A stretch of 64,000 bases of DNA from the IMG/VR virus record IMGVR_UViG_3300028738_000008; one strand, written 5' to 3'. Under the pieces are notes generated by a model. It ran no database searches, had not been told where the DNA came from, and worked only from the letters and a program-made list of their open reading frames with translations. Below are positions 19,122 through 26,942 of this stretch, piece after piece; within the stretch, counting starts at the first letter, position 1, and every line of letters begins with the position of its first letter. A program made the position numbers and the translations under genes. Origin of the DNA: a virus (lineage: Duplodnaviria; Caudoviricetes).

Positions 19122-20180
19122 ATGAAAAATTTACTACAAATCACATCTTTTAGAAATATTACGACACAAATAATAGTACCACTTCAAAAAGACGGTCTTT
19201 ATCATACTAATCCTGTTTGCCAGAAAAAGCACTCTAAATATTATACCGTTGAGGCGTATTTAAACAATATTGAAGCTGAGATATTTAGCGTTCTAAGACT
19301 TTCAGATGGCGTTGAATTTCATATTGGCGATAATTTCATTTGGAATGATGAAACCATTTTCGAAATCAGTAAAATTAATTGGGAAGCTGGACAAATGAAT
19401 TGTGTGCATAAATCGTCTAATGGTATGGGGTATGGGCAAAGCTTATTGATAGCGAAAAAGATCAATATCGTCAGTATGCGAAGATTTAAACTAATCAAGC
19501 TATATCCAAATAGTCCTGAAATTGATTCAATTGGGTATGTTGGCTTTAGAGGCATGAAACTCGAATCATATACCATGTTTCCCGAATACTGGAAAGAACT
19601 TTCGAAGCCTTTTACGGTTATACGTTATTCCGATGGTTTCAATGACTATTACATGAAAAGGAACGGCATGTATACCATCAATGGCGTACATGAATATAAT
19701 TATGCGGATTTGACTCGTCTCGACAAAGCAAATTTACACATAAAAACCGTTCGCAGAGAGTCTGATGGAGAAAAATTTTCTATTGGCGATAAAGTTACCG
19801 ACGATCTTGGCGTTATCTCAACAATAAAAAAATTTATGATTTCATCAAATTACTCATGCATTAAAATATATCCGTCAGAGCCTGGAAACCTCATTCTGCT
19901 TGACGACGCAACGATCATCGACACATTATTTACGACCACTGATGCCGTTCAAGTAACTGAAAAATCATTTCATCGTTATGACTTTTATCATGTTGACGAA
20001 TATTTTAACAAGGTAAGGCTTTGTTATCCTATGGATTACGATTATGATAAGTATATTAACAGGCTATTTTCTTCGGCAAAAGCTGCTAATGAATTTATTT
20101 ACAATCACAAGCCTGTATACTCTGAAAAACAATATCAACAAGCATTAGCTCCCAAAGGTGGCGACGGAATGAATGATTAA
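19122..20180 (+). CDS. hypothetical protein with repeated I..V.R.SDG..F.IGD module
   Basis: IFSVLRLSDGVEFHIGD and IKTVRRESDGEKFSIGD. Confidence 0.7.
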   Translation: MKNLLQITSFRNITTQIIVPLQKDGLYHTNPVCQKKHSKYYTVEAYLNNIEAEIFSVLRLSDGVEFHIGDNFIWNDETIFEISKINWEAGQMNCVHKSSNGMGYGQSLLIAKKINIVSMRRFKLIKLYPNSPEIDSIGYVGFRGMKLESYTMFPEYWKELSKPFTVIRYSDGFNDYYMKRNGMYTINGVHEYNYADLTRLDKANLHIKTVRRESDGEKFSIGDKVTDDLGVISTIKKFMISSNYSCIKIYPSEPGNLILLDDATIIDTLFTTTDAVQVTEKSFHRYDFYHVDEYFNKVRLCYPMDYDYDKYINRLFSSAKAANEFIYNHKPVYSEKQYQQALAPKGGDGMND

Positions 20181-20191
20181 AACTGACCGAT

Positions 20192-20569
20192 ATGATTAAC
20201 GAAGACAAATTAAAAGAAAAAATTGAACAAGAATATCGTTTTTATTTGGATAATCTTGAATATCAGGATAGAAAGATATTTATATACATGAAGCAATTAA
20301 TGCTTTCATGGGTAGACGAATGTACTTTTATGCCTACAGGTAGAATGCCTCATATACCAGACTATACGGCTGGTCATAAGTACCGTAAGGATGTATTCTC
20401 TCCGACAGCAATGTATGAAGCAGCATATCTTGAAACAAAGCCTGAACCACCAAAATCGCAGGTTATACGTGAAGCTCATTTCAATATTCCTAAGAAATTT
20501 AAAACTTTCTGGGGCAAAGTTGTAACCTTTCGCAATTCTTCACGTATAATCAATAAAAATAAGTTTTGA
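20192..20569 (+). CDS. hypothetical protein
   Basis: ORF. Confidence 0.6.
   Translation: MINEDKLKEKIEQEYRFYLDNLEYQDRKIFIYMKQLMLSWVDECTFMPTGRMPHIPDYTAGHKYRKDVFSPTAMYEAAYLETKPEPPKSQVIREAHFNIPKKFKTFWGKVVTFRNSSRIINKNKF
20521..20549 (+). promoter_or_regulatory. ECF-type promoter 7 (inside the 3' end of the upstream CDS)
   Basis: TGTAAC-N16-CGTATAA. Confidence 0.8.
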
Positions 20570-20571
20570 CG

Positions 20572-21111
20572 ATGAATTATACAAGCAAGTGCCTTGAAGG
20601 CCCGATATTTTCAAGAGTTTGGGAAATGCCTAACAGCAACACCTTTGATATTAGGTGCATTAAGAAATTAATACACAAATACATCACAGATGATATGTTA
20701 AGTATTGACCCTTTTGCTAATACCAATAAAATTGCAAAGATTACAAATGACTTAGACCCTGATATGGGAACTGATTTCAATCTTGATGCAATGGACTTTT
20801 TAAAGACATTTGCCGACGAAAGCGTTGATTTTGTACTCTATGACCCACCTTACTCTACTCGTCAGGTATCTGAGTGTTACAAAAGATTCGGTAGGACTGT
20901 TAATATGCAGACAACTCAGGCAAGCTTCTGGGGTAATCTGAAAAAGGAAATTGCTAGAGTTTTAAAACCAAATGGAATGGCTATTTCATTTGGCTGGAAT
21001 TCAAATGGCATTGGTAAAACTTTAAACTTTGAGCAACTAGAAATATTAATAGTTGCTCATGGCGGAATACATAATGACACAATTTGCACAGTTGAACGTA
21101 AAACAAAATAA
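20572..21111 (+). CDS. amino-DNA methyltransferase (N6-adenine/N4-cytosine type)
   Basis: SIDPFAN SAM-binding motif; LYDPPY catalytic motif. Confidence 0.8.
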   Translation: MNYTSKCLEGPIFSRVWEMPNSNTFDIRCIKKLIHKYITDDMLSIDPFANTNKIAKITNDLDPDMGTDFNLDAMDFLKTFADESVDFVLYDPPYSTRQVSECYKRFGRTVNMQTTQASFWGNLKKEIARVLKPNGMAISFGWNSNGIGKTLNFEQLEILIVAHGGIHNDTICTVERKTK

Positions 21112-21112
21112 T

Positions 21113-21715
21113 ATGAACTTCACATTATACGATAAAGCACTTTCTGATAAGATTACTGTACAAGGTACAGCAACCATGAAAAAAATGTTGGCAAACGAAA
21201 ATAGACTCATGGTATCGAATGCTAAAAAATATGGCATTAAATGTCATAGAGATACCAACCACCGATATGATGGCAGGTCATACCGTTATCATCTTACGAT
21301 GGTACATGATTTTTTCAACAAATACTCGTATCTTATTAAAGATCATGAGGACTTCTTTTATGCAAAAGCGAGTTGCTTCACCCATGATACAATTGAAGAT
21401 GCTCGGCAAACATTGAATGACGTGATAAAAGCTTGTGGCGTTAAAATAGGCGAACTATCATATGCTCTTTCGAATGAAAAGGGTAGAGTTCGTGACGAAA
21501 GGGCAAATGCAAAATATTATGCCGACATGCGTAAAGTACCTCTAGCACCTTTTGTAAAAATATGTGACAGACTTGCAAATGCCGCTTATTCGAGCATGAA
21601 AAAGGGAAAAATGTATGACGGTTACGCAAAAGAACTTGATCATTTTGAAGAAGAACTATTTGACGAAAAATACGCCATTATGTTCGATGAATTACGCAAA
21701 ATTTTAAACAAATAA
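21113..21715 (+). CDS. HD-domain (p)ppGpp hydrolase-like protein (SpoT/Mesh1-type)
   Basis: RYDGRSYRYHL, HDTIED, VKICDRLAN. Confidence 0.8.
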   Translation: MNFTLYDKALSDKITVQGTATMKKMLANENRLMVSNAKKYGIKCHRDTNHRYDGRSYRYHLTMVHDFFNKYSYLIKDHEDFFYAKASCFTHDTIEDARQTLNDVIKACGVKIGELSYALSNEKGRVRDERANAKYYADMRKVPLAPFVKICDRLANAAYSSMKKGKMYDGYAKELDHFEEELFDEKYAIMFDELRKILNK

Positions 21716-21717
21716 TC

Positions 21718-22485
21718 ATGCACAAGAATATTACGACAATTGTTTTTAAGGATATCATTTCCTTTCCATGCATATCTAGCGATTTATCTGGCAGCGATTG
21801 GTGTGTCGCTACGTCATTGTTCCGAAGCCCTAGAAATTATTATCAATTGGCACTGTTATCAGATGAAAGCTTTGTGCCTAAAAACTCGCCTGTGTACGAT
21901 GATGGTCAGATACGTCCAGCTACTAATAATGAGCCAGATGTAATGATCGTTGCAATATATCCAAAAATGTATGAGTTGCCAACATTTACAGACGAATTTA
22001 TAGCTCAATGGATGATAACACGTCCAAATGGCGTTGATGTTACATACAATCAGGAATGTGGTCAAGACTTTCATAAAACAAAATTATTCGTATTCAACGG
22101 TTATGTTTATTGTAATATTATTAAGCCATTATTCAATGCCGAAGAACTAATCGAATTTCATAAGAAAAACAATATTCCCACAAACATAACCACAAAAGTC
22201 TTACAGGATATGGGAGAGAGTCTTGACAAAGCACTTGAAGATGAAAGCGAAGAAACCCTCACTGCTTGGGTTAAGGAACAGCGTGAAAGCGACGAAACAT
22301 TATGTAAGCTTATTCCAAAAACGGTGGCATTTGAATTTGCCGACTGGTGCGGCGAAGGCTACATAAAATGTGGCGGTGGCTGGATGCTTAAATATGCGTC
22401 GCAAATCAAAGCAGATATTTACACTACATCGGATTTATACAATGCATTCACAAGTTTGAGAAAGGTTTTTGGCTATGGAAGATAG
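21718..22485 (+). CDS. hypothetical protein
   Basis: 255-aa ORF. Confidence 0.65.
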   Translation: MHKNITTIVFKDIISFPCISSDLSGSDWCVATSLFRSPRNYYQLALLSDESFVPKNSPVYDDGQIRPATNNEPDVMIVAIYPKMYELPTFTDEFIAQWMITRPNGVDVTYNQECGQDFHKTKLFVFNGYVYCNIIKPLFNAEELIEFHKKNNIPTNITTKVLQDMGESLDKALEDESEETLTAWVKEQRESDETLCKLIPKTVAFEFADWCGEGYIKCGGGWMLKYASQIKADIYTTSDLYNAFTSLRKVFGYGR

Positions 22486-22579
22486 ACGTGTAAAATGCTT
22501 AAGCTGTGGCATTGTTCACTACAACATTATTTGCCCAAATTGCGGCTCGGTTGTTTGTACCGATGCCGTTGATAAATAA
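22475..22579 (+). CDS. 34-aa Zn-ribbon peptide (not in ORF track)
   Basis: MEDRRVKCLSCGIVHYNIICPNCGSVVCTDAVDK, with two CxxC pairs. Confidence 0.5.
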   Translation: MEDRRVKCLSCGIVHYNIICPNCGSVVCTDAVDK

Positions 22580-22592
22580 ATGTTACGATAAT

Positions 22593-22621
22593 TGTAACAA
22601 AATCAAAAATTCAACGTATAA
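22593..22621 (+). promoter_or_regulatory. ECF-type promoter 8
   Basis: TGTAAC-N16-CGTATAA. Confidence 0.85.
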
Positions 22622-22637
22622 CTAAAAAAATATTACT

Positions 22638-22919
22638 ATGGAATTAAATGATCTTAAACTAGGCAACGAACTTCATGAGAAAATCAGGAAATCTGGTGAC
22701 GTATTAGACTGTTTTGAATGGACTTACTATAATGAAAAAGACGAATTGGTTCACGAAGGAAGCCGAGAGCCTACACTGATCATTGAATTCGATAGCAATG
22801 AAGGCGGCAGAGACACTTTGCCGATTCCATTTGTTATGAATCCTGTCTTAATCGAATTGATCAAAGACTTCGTTATTAATGAACGATTTAAATTGGAGAA
22901 AGAATTTAAGGAATTATAA
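22638..22919 (+). CDS. hypothetical protein
   Basis: ORF after promoter 8. Confidence 0.65.
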   Translation: MELNDLKLGNELHEKIRKSGDVLDCFEWTYYNEKDELVHEGSREPTLIIEFDSNEGGRDTLPIPFVMNPVLIELIKDFVINERFKLEKEFKEL

Positions 22920-22920
22920 T

Positions 22921-23139
22921 ATGAGCAAGCGCACCAATAAACAGATTCTCGACAGGTTTCATTATCATGAAGCTATGGACAGAACCTACATGATTCAGAG
23001 CAATGTTGAAACATTCTTAGTTGAGCATCCAGTATATGATGCTAACAAAAAACTGAGAAAGAAAGCTGAAAAGGTAAGTACCCTACTTGCCGAACTGTAT
23101 CAAGAAATAAGCACGAAAGAATATAAAAAATTTAAGTAA
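22921..23139 (+). CDS. hypothetical protein
   Basis: ORF (MSKRTNK...). Confidence 0.6.
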   Translation: MSKRTNKQILDRFHYHEAMDRTYMIQSNVETFLVEHPVYDANKKLRKKAEKVSTLLAELYQEISTKEYKKFK

Positions 23140-23352
23140 ATGGGAAAAGTGAAAATTATTGGAGTAATCGAAAACACTACGCCAACGCCAGAGCCTGAAA
23201 TAATGGAGTTTGACGACTGGTTAGAATATCATGTTGACGAAATCGACATTGAATTAGCCGAAAGCGGCGCAGACAGAGAATTAGATTTCGACTCAGAAAA
23301 GGAATACGAAACAAGATATTTCAAGTACTTGGATAATCCCTTCAATAAATAA
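23140..23352 (+). CDS. hypothetical acidic protein
   Basis: ORF. Confidence 0.55.
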   Translation: MGKVKIIGVIENTTPTPEPEIMEFDDWLEYHVDEIDIELAESGADRELDFDSEKEYETRYFKYLDNPFNK

Positions 23353-23501
23353 TGAAAATAGCCAATCCAAAAACGGCTATAGCTTATTGGGAAGAAGGAC
23401 AGAAACATTGCTTTCCTTGGTATAAGAAAGGATTTTTCAAAAAGTATCTACGAAATAAATTCATAAGAAAACGATTTACCGAAGATGGTAAGTGCAATTA
23501 A
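23352..23501 (+). CDS. 49-aa basic peptide (not in ORF track)
   Basis: TAATG overlap; fills the gap between neighbouring genes. Confidence 0.4.
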   Translation: MKIANPKTAIAYWEEGQKHCFPWYKKGFFKKYLRNKFIRKRFTEDGKCN

Positions 23502-23513
23502 AATTAAATTAAG

Positions 23514-23843
23514 ATGAATACAGAAAACGAAGTAAAGGGAACTACTGTCTTAAAATATGACGGCGAGGTAATTGATAACCAGAATGATAATGTTGACGAA
23601 GTCTATAATTATTTCTGGGTTGTCAAAGAATTAATGAAAGCTCAGATTTTGCTGATGCGTAAAGCGTTTCCTTCAAGCGATGCATGGTATTGCGGCTCAG
23701 CCGTAATTGGTGATCTAAGTAATTGCAAAAATGTAAGTTTTGTATTTGGGTCGGAAGAAGATTTGGAATGGATTAAGGAAGACTCAGACGTTTTCGTTGA
23801 ACTCCCTTATGGCGCAACAATAGACTCAGATGAATTGGATTAA
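23514..23843 (+). CDS. hypothetical protein
   Basis: ORF. Confidence 0.6.
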   Translation: MNTENEVKGTTVLKYDGEVIDNQNDNVDEVYNYFWVVKELMKAQILLMRKAFPSSDAWYCGSAVIGDLSNCKNVSFVFGSEEDLEWIKEDSDVFVELPYGATIDSDELD

Positions 23844-24045
23844 ATTAGAGAAACAATTTCCAGCAAATGGTCAAGAGGTCATTTGCTGGAATGGTGTATC
23901 TAGCGTAATGGCTATTTACGAAGAAGGCATTGGTGGCGGCTTTAGAGTTCAACGCTATGCTACTATTGGAGACAGAATTTCTGTTTTATATTGGAGTAAC
24001 GTTACGCATTGGATGCCAAAACCCTTAAAACCAGAGGAATTATGA
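23830..24045 (+). CDS. DUF551-like protein
   Basis: MNWIK...P...EVICW...VTHWMPKP..P. Confidence 0.7.
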   Translation: MNWIKLEKQFPANGQEVICWNGVSSVMAIYEEGIGGGFRVQRYATIGDRISVLYWSNVTHWMPKPLKPEEL

Positions 24046-24350
24046 AACACGCCAGAAAAAAAGATGATACTATCATTACTCATGAGTATTTGGATTCCTT
24101 GAACTTCGGTTCAAATCCAGTTAACACTATTTCTAATATCAGTCTCGCATATCGTGTTAAAAATTGTATATGCTTATTCTATAATGATCCATTTTCAGGG
24201 TCATGGCTGATTGGTCATGGTAATATGTATGAGGGTAAATATTATGCCTCAACATTTCGCTGGATTACAAAAAAAGAAGATTTGGTGAAAATCTATGAAT
24301 CAATTATTGGTAAGCCAATTGCCGAAACCCCTTTTAGATCGAATTTATGA
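24042..24350 (+). CDS. hypothetical protein
   Basis: ATGA overlap. Confidence 0.6.
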   Translation: MKHARKKDDTIITHEYLDSLNFGSNPVNTISNISLAYRVKNCICLFYNDPFSGSWLIGHGNMYEGKYYASTFRWITKKEDLVKIYESIIGKPIAETPFRSNL

Positions 24351-24613
24351 GTATACTACAAGATATCATCGAATCATATTGCGATGAAACATTTTTAAAA
24401 GCTGATGGTTTCGATGAAGCAATCATAGGCGTCGAAGAAGTATCAATGAGGCTAATATATTCTGTTTCAAAGTGCATTGACATTTTAATTGCACGTGATG
24501 GAATGTCATGGGAAGCAGCGGCAGAATTTTTCAATTTTAATGTAAGTGGCTCATATATGGGAGCGAAGACACCTATCTGGTGTGAAGATCAGTTCGAATC
24601 TTTTAGGGATTAA
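24347..24613 (+). CDS. conserved phage hypothetical protein
   Basis: ADGFDEAIIG...IYS..KCI..L...M..E.A.EFF.FN..G.YMG..TPI. Confidence 0.7.
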   Translation: MSILQDIIESYCDETFLKADGFDEAIIGVEEVSMRLIYSVSKCIDILIARDGMSWEAAAEFFNFNVSGSYMGAKTPIWCEDQFESFRD

Positions 24614-24641
24614 AAATAATTTAAAAATAATCACCGATTTT

Positions 24642-24670
24642 TGTAACATTTAGAAAGTTTCAACGTATAA
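24642..24670 (+). promoter_or_regulatory. ECF-type promoter 9
   Basis: TGTAAC-N16-CGTATAA. Confidence 0.85.
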
Positions 24671-24676
24671 GTAGTC

Positions 24677-26296
24677 ATGGAAAGAATATATAACGATATT
24701 ACAGTCGATAATGTAAATTACAAATGGTTCGTAAAGCATTATAACAGCGTTGGCGATTTTGTCTATATTCAATTAGACGGCAAAGTAGTTTTCCTCGACA
24801 AAGTAGCGTCATTACCTGTTCAACCCGAAACTATAAAAATAATTATTGCTAAATTAAATAAAGCTATGAGTAAAGTGAACCCTAATTTGAAGAGTGGTGT
24901 ATCTGATTTAAAATCGGATGAAAGACTTGCTGGTGGATTTGGAACCAGATCGGCTAAACAAGAAGATTTAGCTCTGCTACGTAGAGTTGTGTTAGCGAAC
25001 CTTTTATGGGAAAATATTGCGTATGCAAACGGTGAAGACGTTTCAAAGCAGATTAGCATGCTGATCCCAAAATGCGATCCTACCGAAGTGGCTAATCTTG
25101 CTGTCGAAGCGAGATTGGAACAGAAACTTCGTCACACGCCGTTATTTATCTGCGTTGAAATGCTTAAGTATCCAGAACATGCTGCATTGGTTGCCGATAT
25201 CTTACCAAAGATTATCACCAGAGCCGACATGATCACCGACTTTCTTGCTATCTACAAGAAAATGAATGGTGGCAAGCTTAAACCGCTTGCAGCAGCTGCA
25301 AAGAAAGGTTTATCGAAAGCATTTTATAACTTTAACGAGTATCAGTTTGCCAAGTATGATCGCAATGCTGAAATTAAACTGAGAGACGCTATGTTCTTGG
25401 TTCACCCAAAACCTGCACAAGGCAAGGCTGAACTTTACAAAAAAATCGCTGATCGTAATCTTAAGACTCCTGACACATGGGAAGTTGCCTTATCGACAGG
25501 TAAGGATAAGAAAGCCACATGGGAGAGACTGATTGACGAAAAGAAAATCGGTGGTTTAGCAATGCTGCGTAATGTACGTAACATGGTACAGGCTAGTGTT
25601 AATTCAAATAGCATTAGAAAAGGCTTAAAGAACTTGAACAGTTCAATGTTATTGCCTTTGAACTACTTAACAGCTTCGAGATTCGCACCTGAATATTCGA
25701 GAGATATTGAGGACGCTATGGTTGAATCTTACGAGAATCTTCCAAAGCTTTCTGGTAAGACGCTATTCATTGTTGACGTATCAGGGTCAATGGGTTCAGT
25801 AACAAGTGGTCAATCGCAAATGAACCGAATGGATCATGCATGTGCTATGGCGATGCTTGCAATCAATCAGTGCGAAAGCTATGAAATTGTTGCAACTGCT
25901 GGTAGCGACGGAATGCACAAAGGTGCTCACGAGCATATCAAAAATCCTAAGAAAGGCTTCGATGTCTTTCAGCAGATTATGGACACGAGAAGTCGAATCG
26001 GCGGTGGTGGTATTTTCACCAGACAGTGTATCGAATGGTGTAAAGCCAACGTATCAGATAATTTCGACAGAATTATCATATTCTCCGACTCTCAGGATTG
26101 CGATTTACCAAATCAGAGAATTCCTGCACCTTATGGTAAGTTCAACTACATCTGCGATGTGTCCTCAGAAAAACGAGGCGTAAACTTCAAGAATGTGTGG
26201 ACTGCTGAAATCACTGGTTTCTCTGAGAATTTCTTGACATACATCGCTGCTCACGAAGGTCTTACTAACAAGTTTGACGAGCAGAACGAAATTTAA
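24677..26296 (+). CDS. rsr: Ro60/Rsr (TROVE + vWA) RNA-binding protein
   Basis: LRHTP, TRADM..DF, QFAKYDR, LRDAMFL.HPKP, TWE..LS, AMLRN.RN, VDVSGSM, IIFSD; TROVE core likely starts at ATG 24866. Confidence 0.92.
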   Translation: MERIYNDITVDNVNYKWFVKHYNSVGDFVYIQLDGKVVFLDKVASLPVQPETIKIIIAKLNKAMSKVNPNLKSGVSDLKSDERLAGGFGTRSAKQEDLALLRRVVLANLLWENIAYANGEDVSKQISMLIPKCDPTEVANLAVEARLEQKLRHTPLFICVEMLKYPEHAALVADILPKIITRADMITDFLAIYKKMNGGKLKPLAAAAKKGLSKAFYNFNEYQFAKYDRNAEIKLRDAMFLVHPKPAQGKAELYKKIADRNLKTPDTWEVALSTGKDKKATWERLIDEKKIGGLAMLRNVRNMVQASVNSNSIRKGLKNLNSSMLLPLNYLTASRFAPEYSRDIEDAMVESYENLPKLSGKTLFIVDVSGSMGSVTSGQSQMNRMDHACAMAMLAINQCESYEIVATAGSDGMHKGAHEHIKNPKKGFDVFQQIMDTRSRIGGGGIFTRQCIEWCKANVSDNFDRIIIFSDSQDCDLPNQRIPAPYGKFNYICDVSSEKRGVNFKNVWTAEITGFSENFLTYIAAHEGLTNKFDEQNEI

Positions 26297-26301
26297 TTAA
26301 T

Positions 26302-26347
26302 AAAGGTACTATTTATACTTGCATATTTAGAATTAAATAGTACCTTT
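26302..26347 (+). terminator. 14-bp inverted repeat after rsr, overlapping the ncRNA promoter
   Basis: AAAGGTACTATTTA / TAAATAGTACCTTT. Confidence 0.6.
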
Positions 26348-26348
26348 G
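26318..26348 (+). promoter_or_regulatory. Bacteroidota sigma-A-type promoter for the ncRNA array
   Basis: (C)TTG ... TACCTTTG matches TTTG-N19-TAnnTTTG. Confidence 0.65.
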
Positions 26349-26358
26349 TAAAAAATAT

Positions 26359-26430
26359 TAAGCAATGGTGACTGGCATGGTTACTTCCACCATACATGAA
26401 AATCCACCATGCCACCTAGTTCTTTGCTTA
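26359..26430 (+). ncRNA. Y-RNA-like hairpin unit 1
   Basis: TAAGCAA/TTGCTTA outer stem; TGGTGACT; GGCATGG/CCATGCC inner stem; TTACTTC. Confidence 0.7.
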
Positions 26431-26438
26431 CAATCATT

Positions 26439-26511
26439 TAGATAATGGCGTCTTATACGGTTACTTCACACTTAATGGAAAAACACACCGTATTACCTTT
26501 TTCCTTATCTA
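26439..26511 (+). ncRNA. Y-RNA-like hairpin unit 2
   Basis: TAGATAA/TTATCTA; TGGCGTCT; ATACGG/CCGTAT; TTACTTC; AAAAACAC. Confidence 0.7.
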
Positions 26512-26520
26512 TTTATCAAA

Positions 26521-26587
26521 TCGGAGTGTGTCATGGCTTGTAGACAGTGCACTGAACCTATATAAGGATCGTTCCCTTGCACCCCGA
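26521..26587 (+). ncRNA. degenerate tRNA-like element
   Basis: TCGGAGTG/CACCCCGA closing stem, TGTC/GACA D-like arm, AAGG-ATCGTTC-CCTT T-like arm. Confidence 0.4.
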
Positions 26588-26590
26588 CTA

Positions 26591-26677
26591 ATGAATAATG
26601 GCGACTGAAACAGTTTCATCAACTATAAAAAAAGACAAGTTAATAAAAAACTCTGTTTCGAAACATTCCTTATTCAT
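26591..26677 (+). ncRNA. Y-RNA-like hairpin unit 3
   Basis: ATGAATAA/TTATTCAT; TGGCGACT; GAAACAG/CTGTTTC; TTTCATC. Confidence 0.7.
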
Positions 26678-26686
26678 TTACATTAC

Positions 26687-26810
26687 AGGGCGTTAGCTCA
26701 GTTGGTAGAGCACGAAAAACACTTTTACTCCTTTTCCCTTAATTGTGGCGTTCGTAAAAGTTACTTCAATCCTAATGACGTGGTCAGCGGTTCGAGTCCG
26801 TTACGCCCTA
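26687..26810 (+). ncRNA. tRNA-shaped RNA with the anticodon arm replaced by a permuted Y-like module
   Basis: AGGGCGT/ACGCCCT acceptor, GCTC-AGTTGGTA-GAGC D-arm, TGGTC, AGCGG-TTCGAGT-CCGTT T-arm; 64 nt between positions 28 and 42. Confidence 0.8.
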
Positions 26811-26812
26811 CG

Positions 26813-26897
26813 AAAAACAATAGTGTTAGAGACAGTTTCATCAAAAAAAATCGAAATTTTTCTACAAAAAACTCTGTCTCGACTGTTCTTTGTTTTT
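26813..26897 (+). ncRNA. Y-RNA-like hairpin unit 5
   Basis: AAAAACAA/TTGTTTTT; GAGACAG/CTGTCTC; TTTCATC; AAAAAACT. Confidence 0.7.
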
Positions 26898-26904
26898 AGA
26901 ATAT

Positions 26905-26942
26905 AAAAAAGTCAACATACACAAAATATGTTGACTTTTTTT
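26905..26942 (+). terminator. intrinsic terminator ending the ncRNA array
   Basis: AAAAAAGTCAACATA / TATGTTGACTTTTTT. Confidence 0.85.

Noticed and set aside
26687-26810. Ordinary tRNA with a group I or BHB intron, or tmRNA
   Set aside because: The 64-nt insert is far too short for a group I intron, no 5-bp anticodon stem can be rebuilt, there is no tag ORF or pseudoknots, and the insert matches the neighbouring repeat units.
26359-26897. CRISPR array
   Set aside because: Units are not identical direct repeats with unique spacers; conservation is structural (covarying stems), and no cas genes are present.
26702-26899. 65-aa ORF from the ORF track
   Set aside because: It starts at GTG inside the tRNA D-loop and overlaps structured RNA elements; a shadow ORF.
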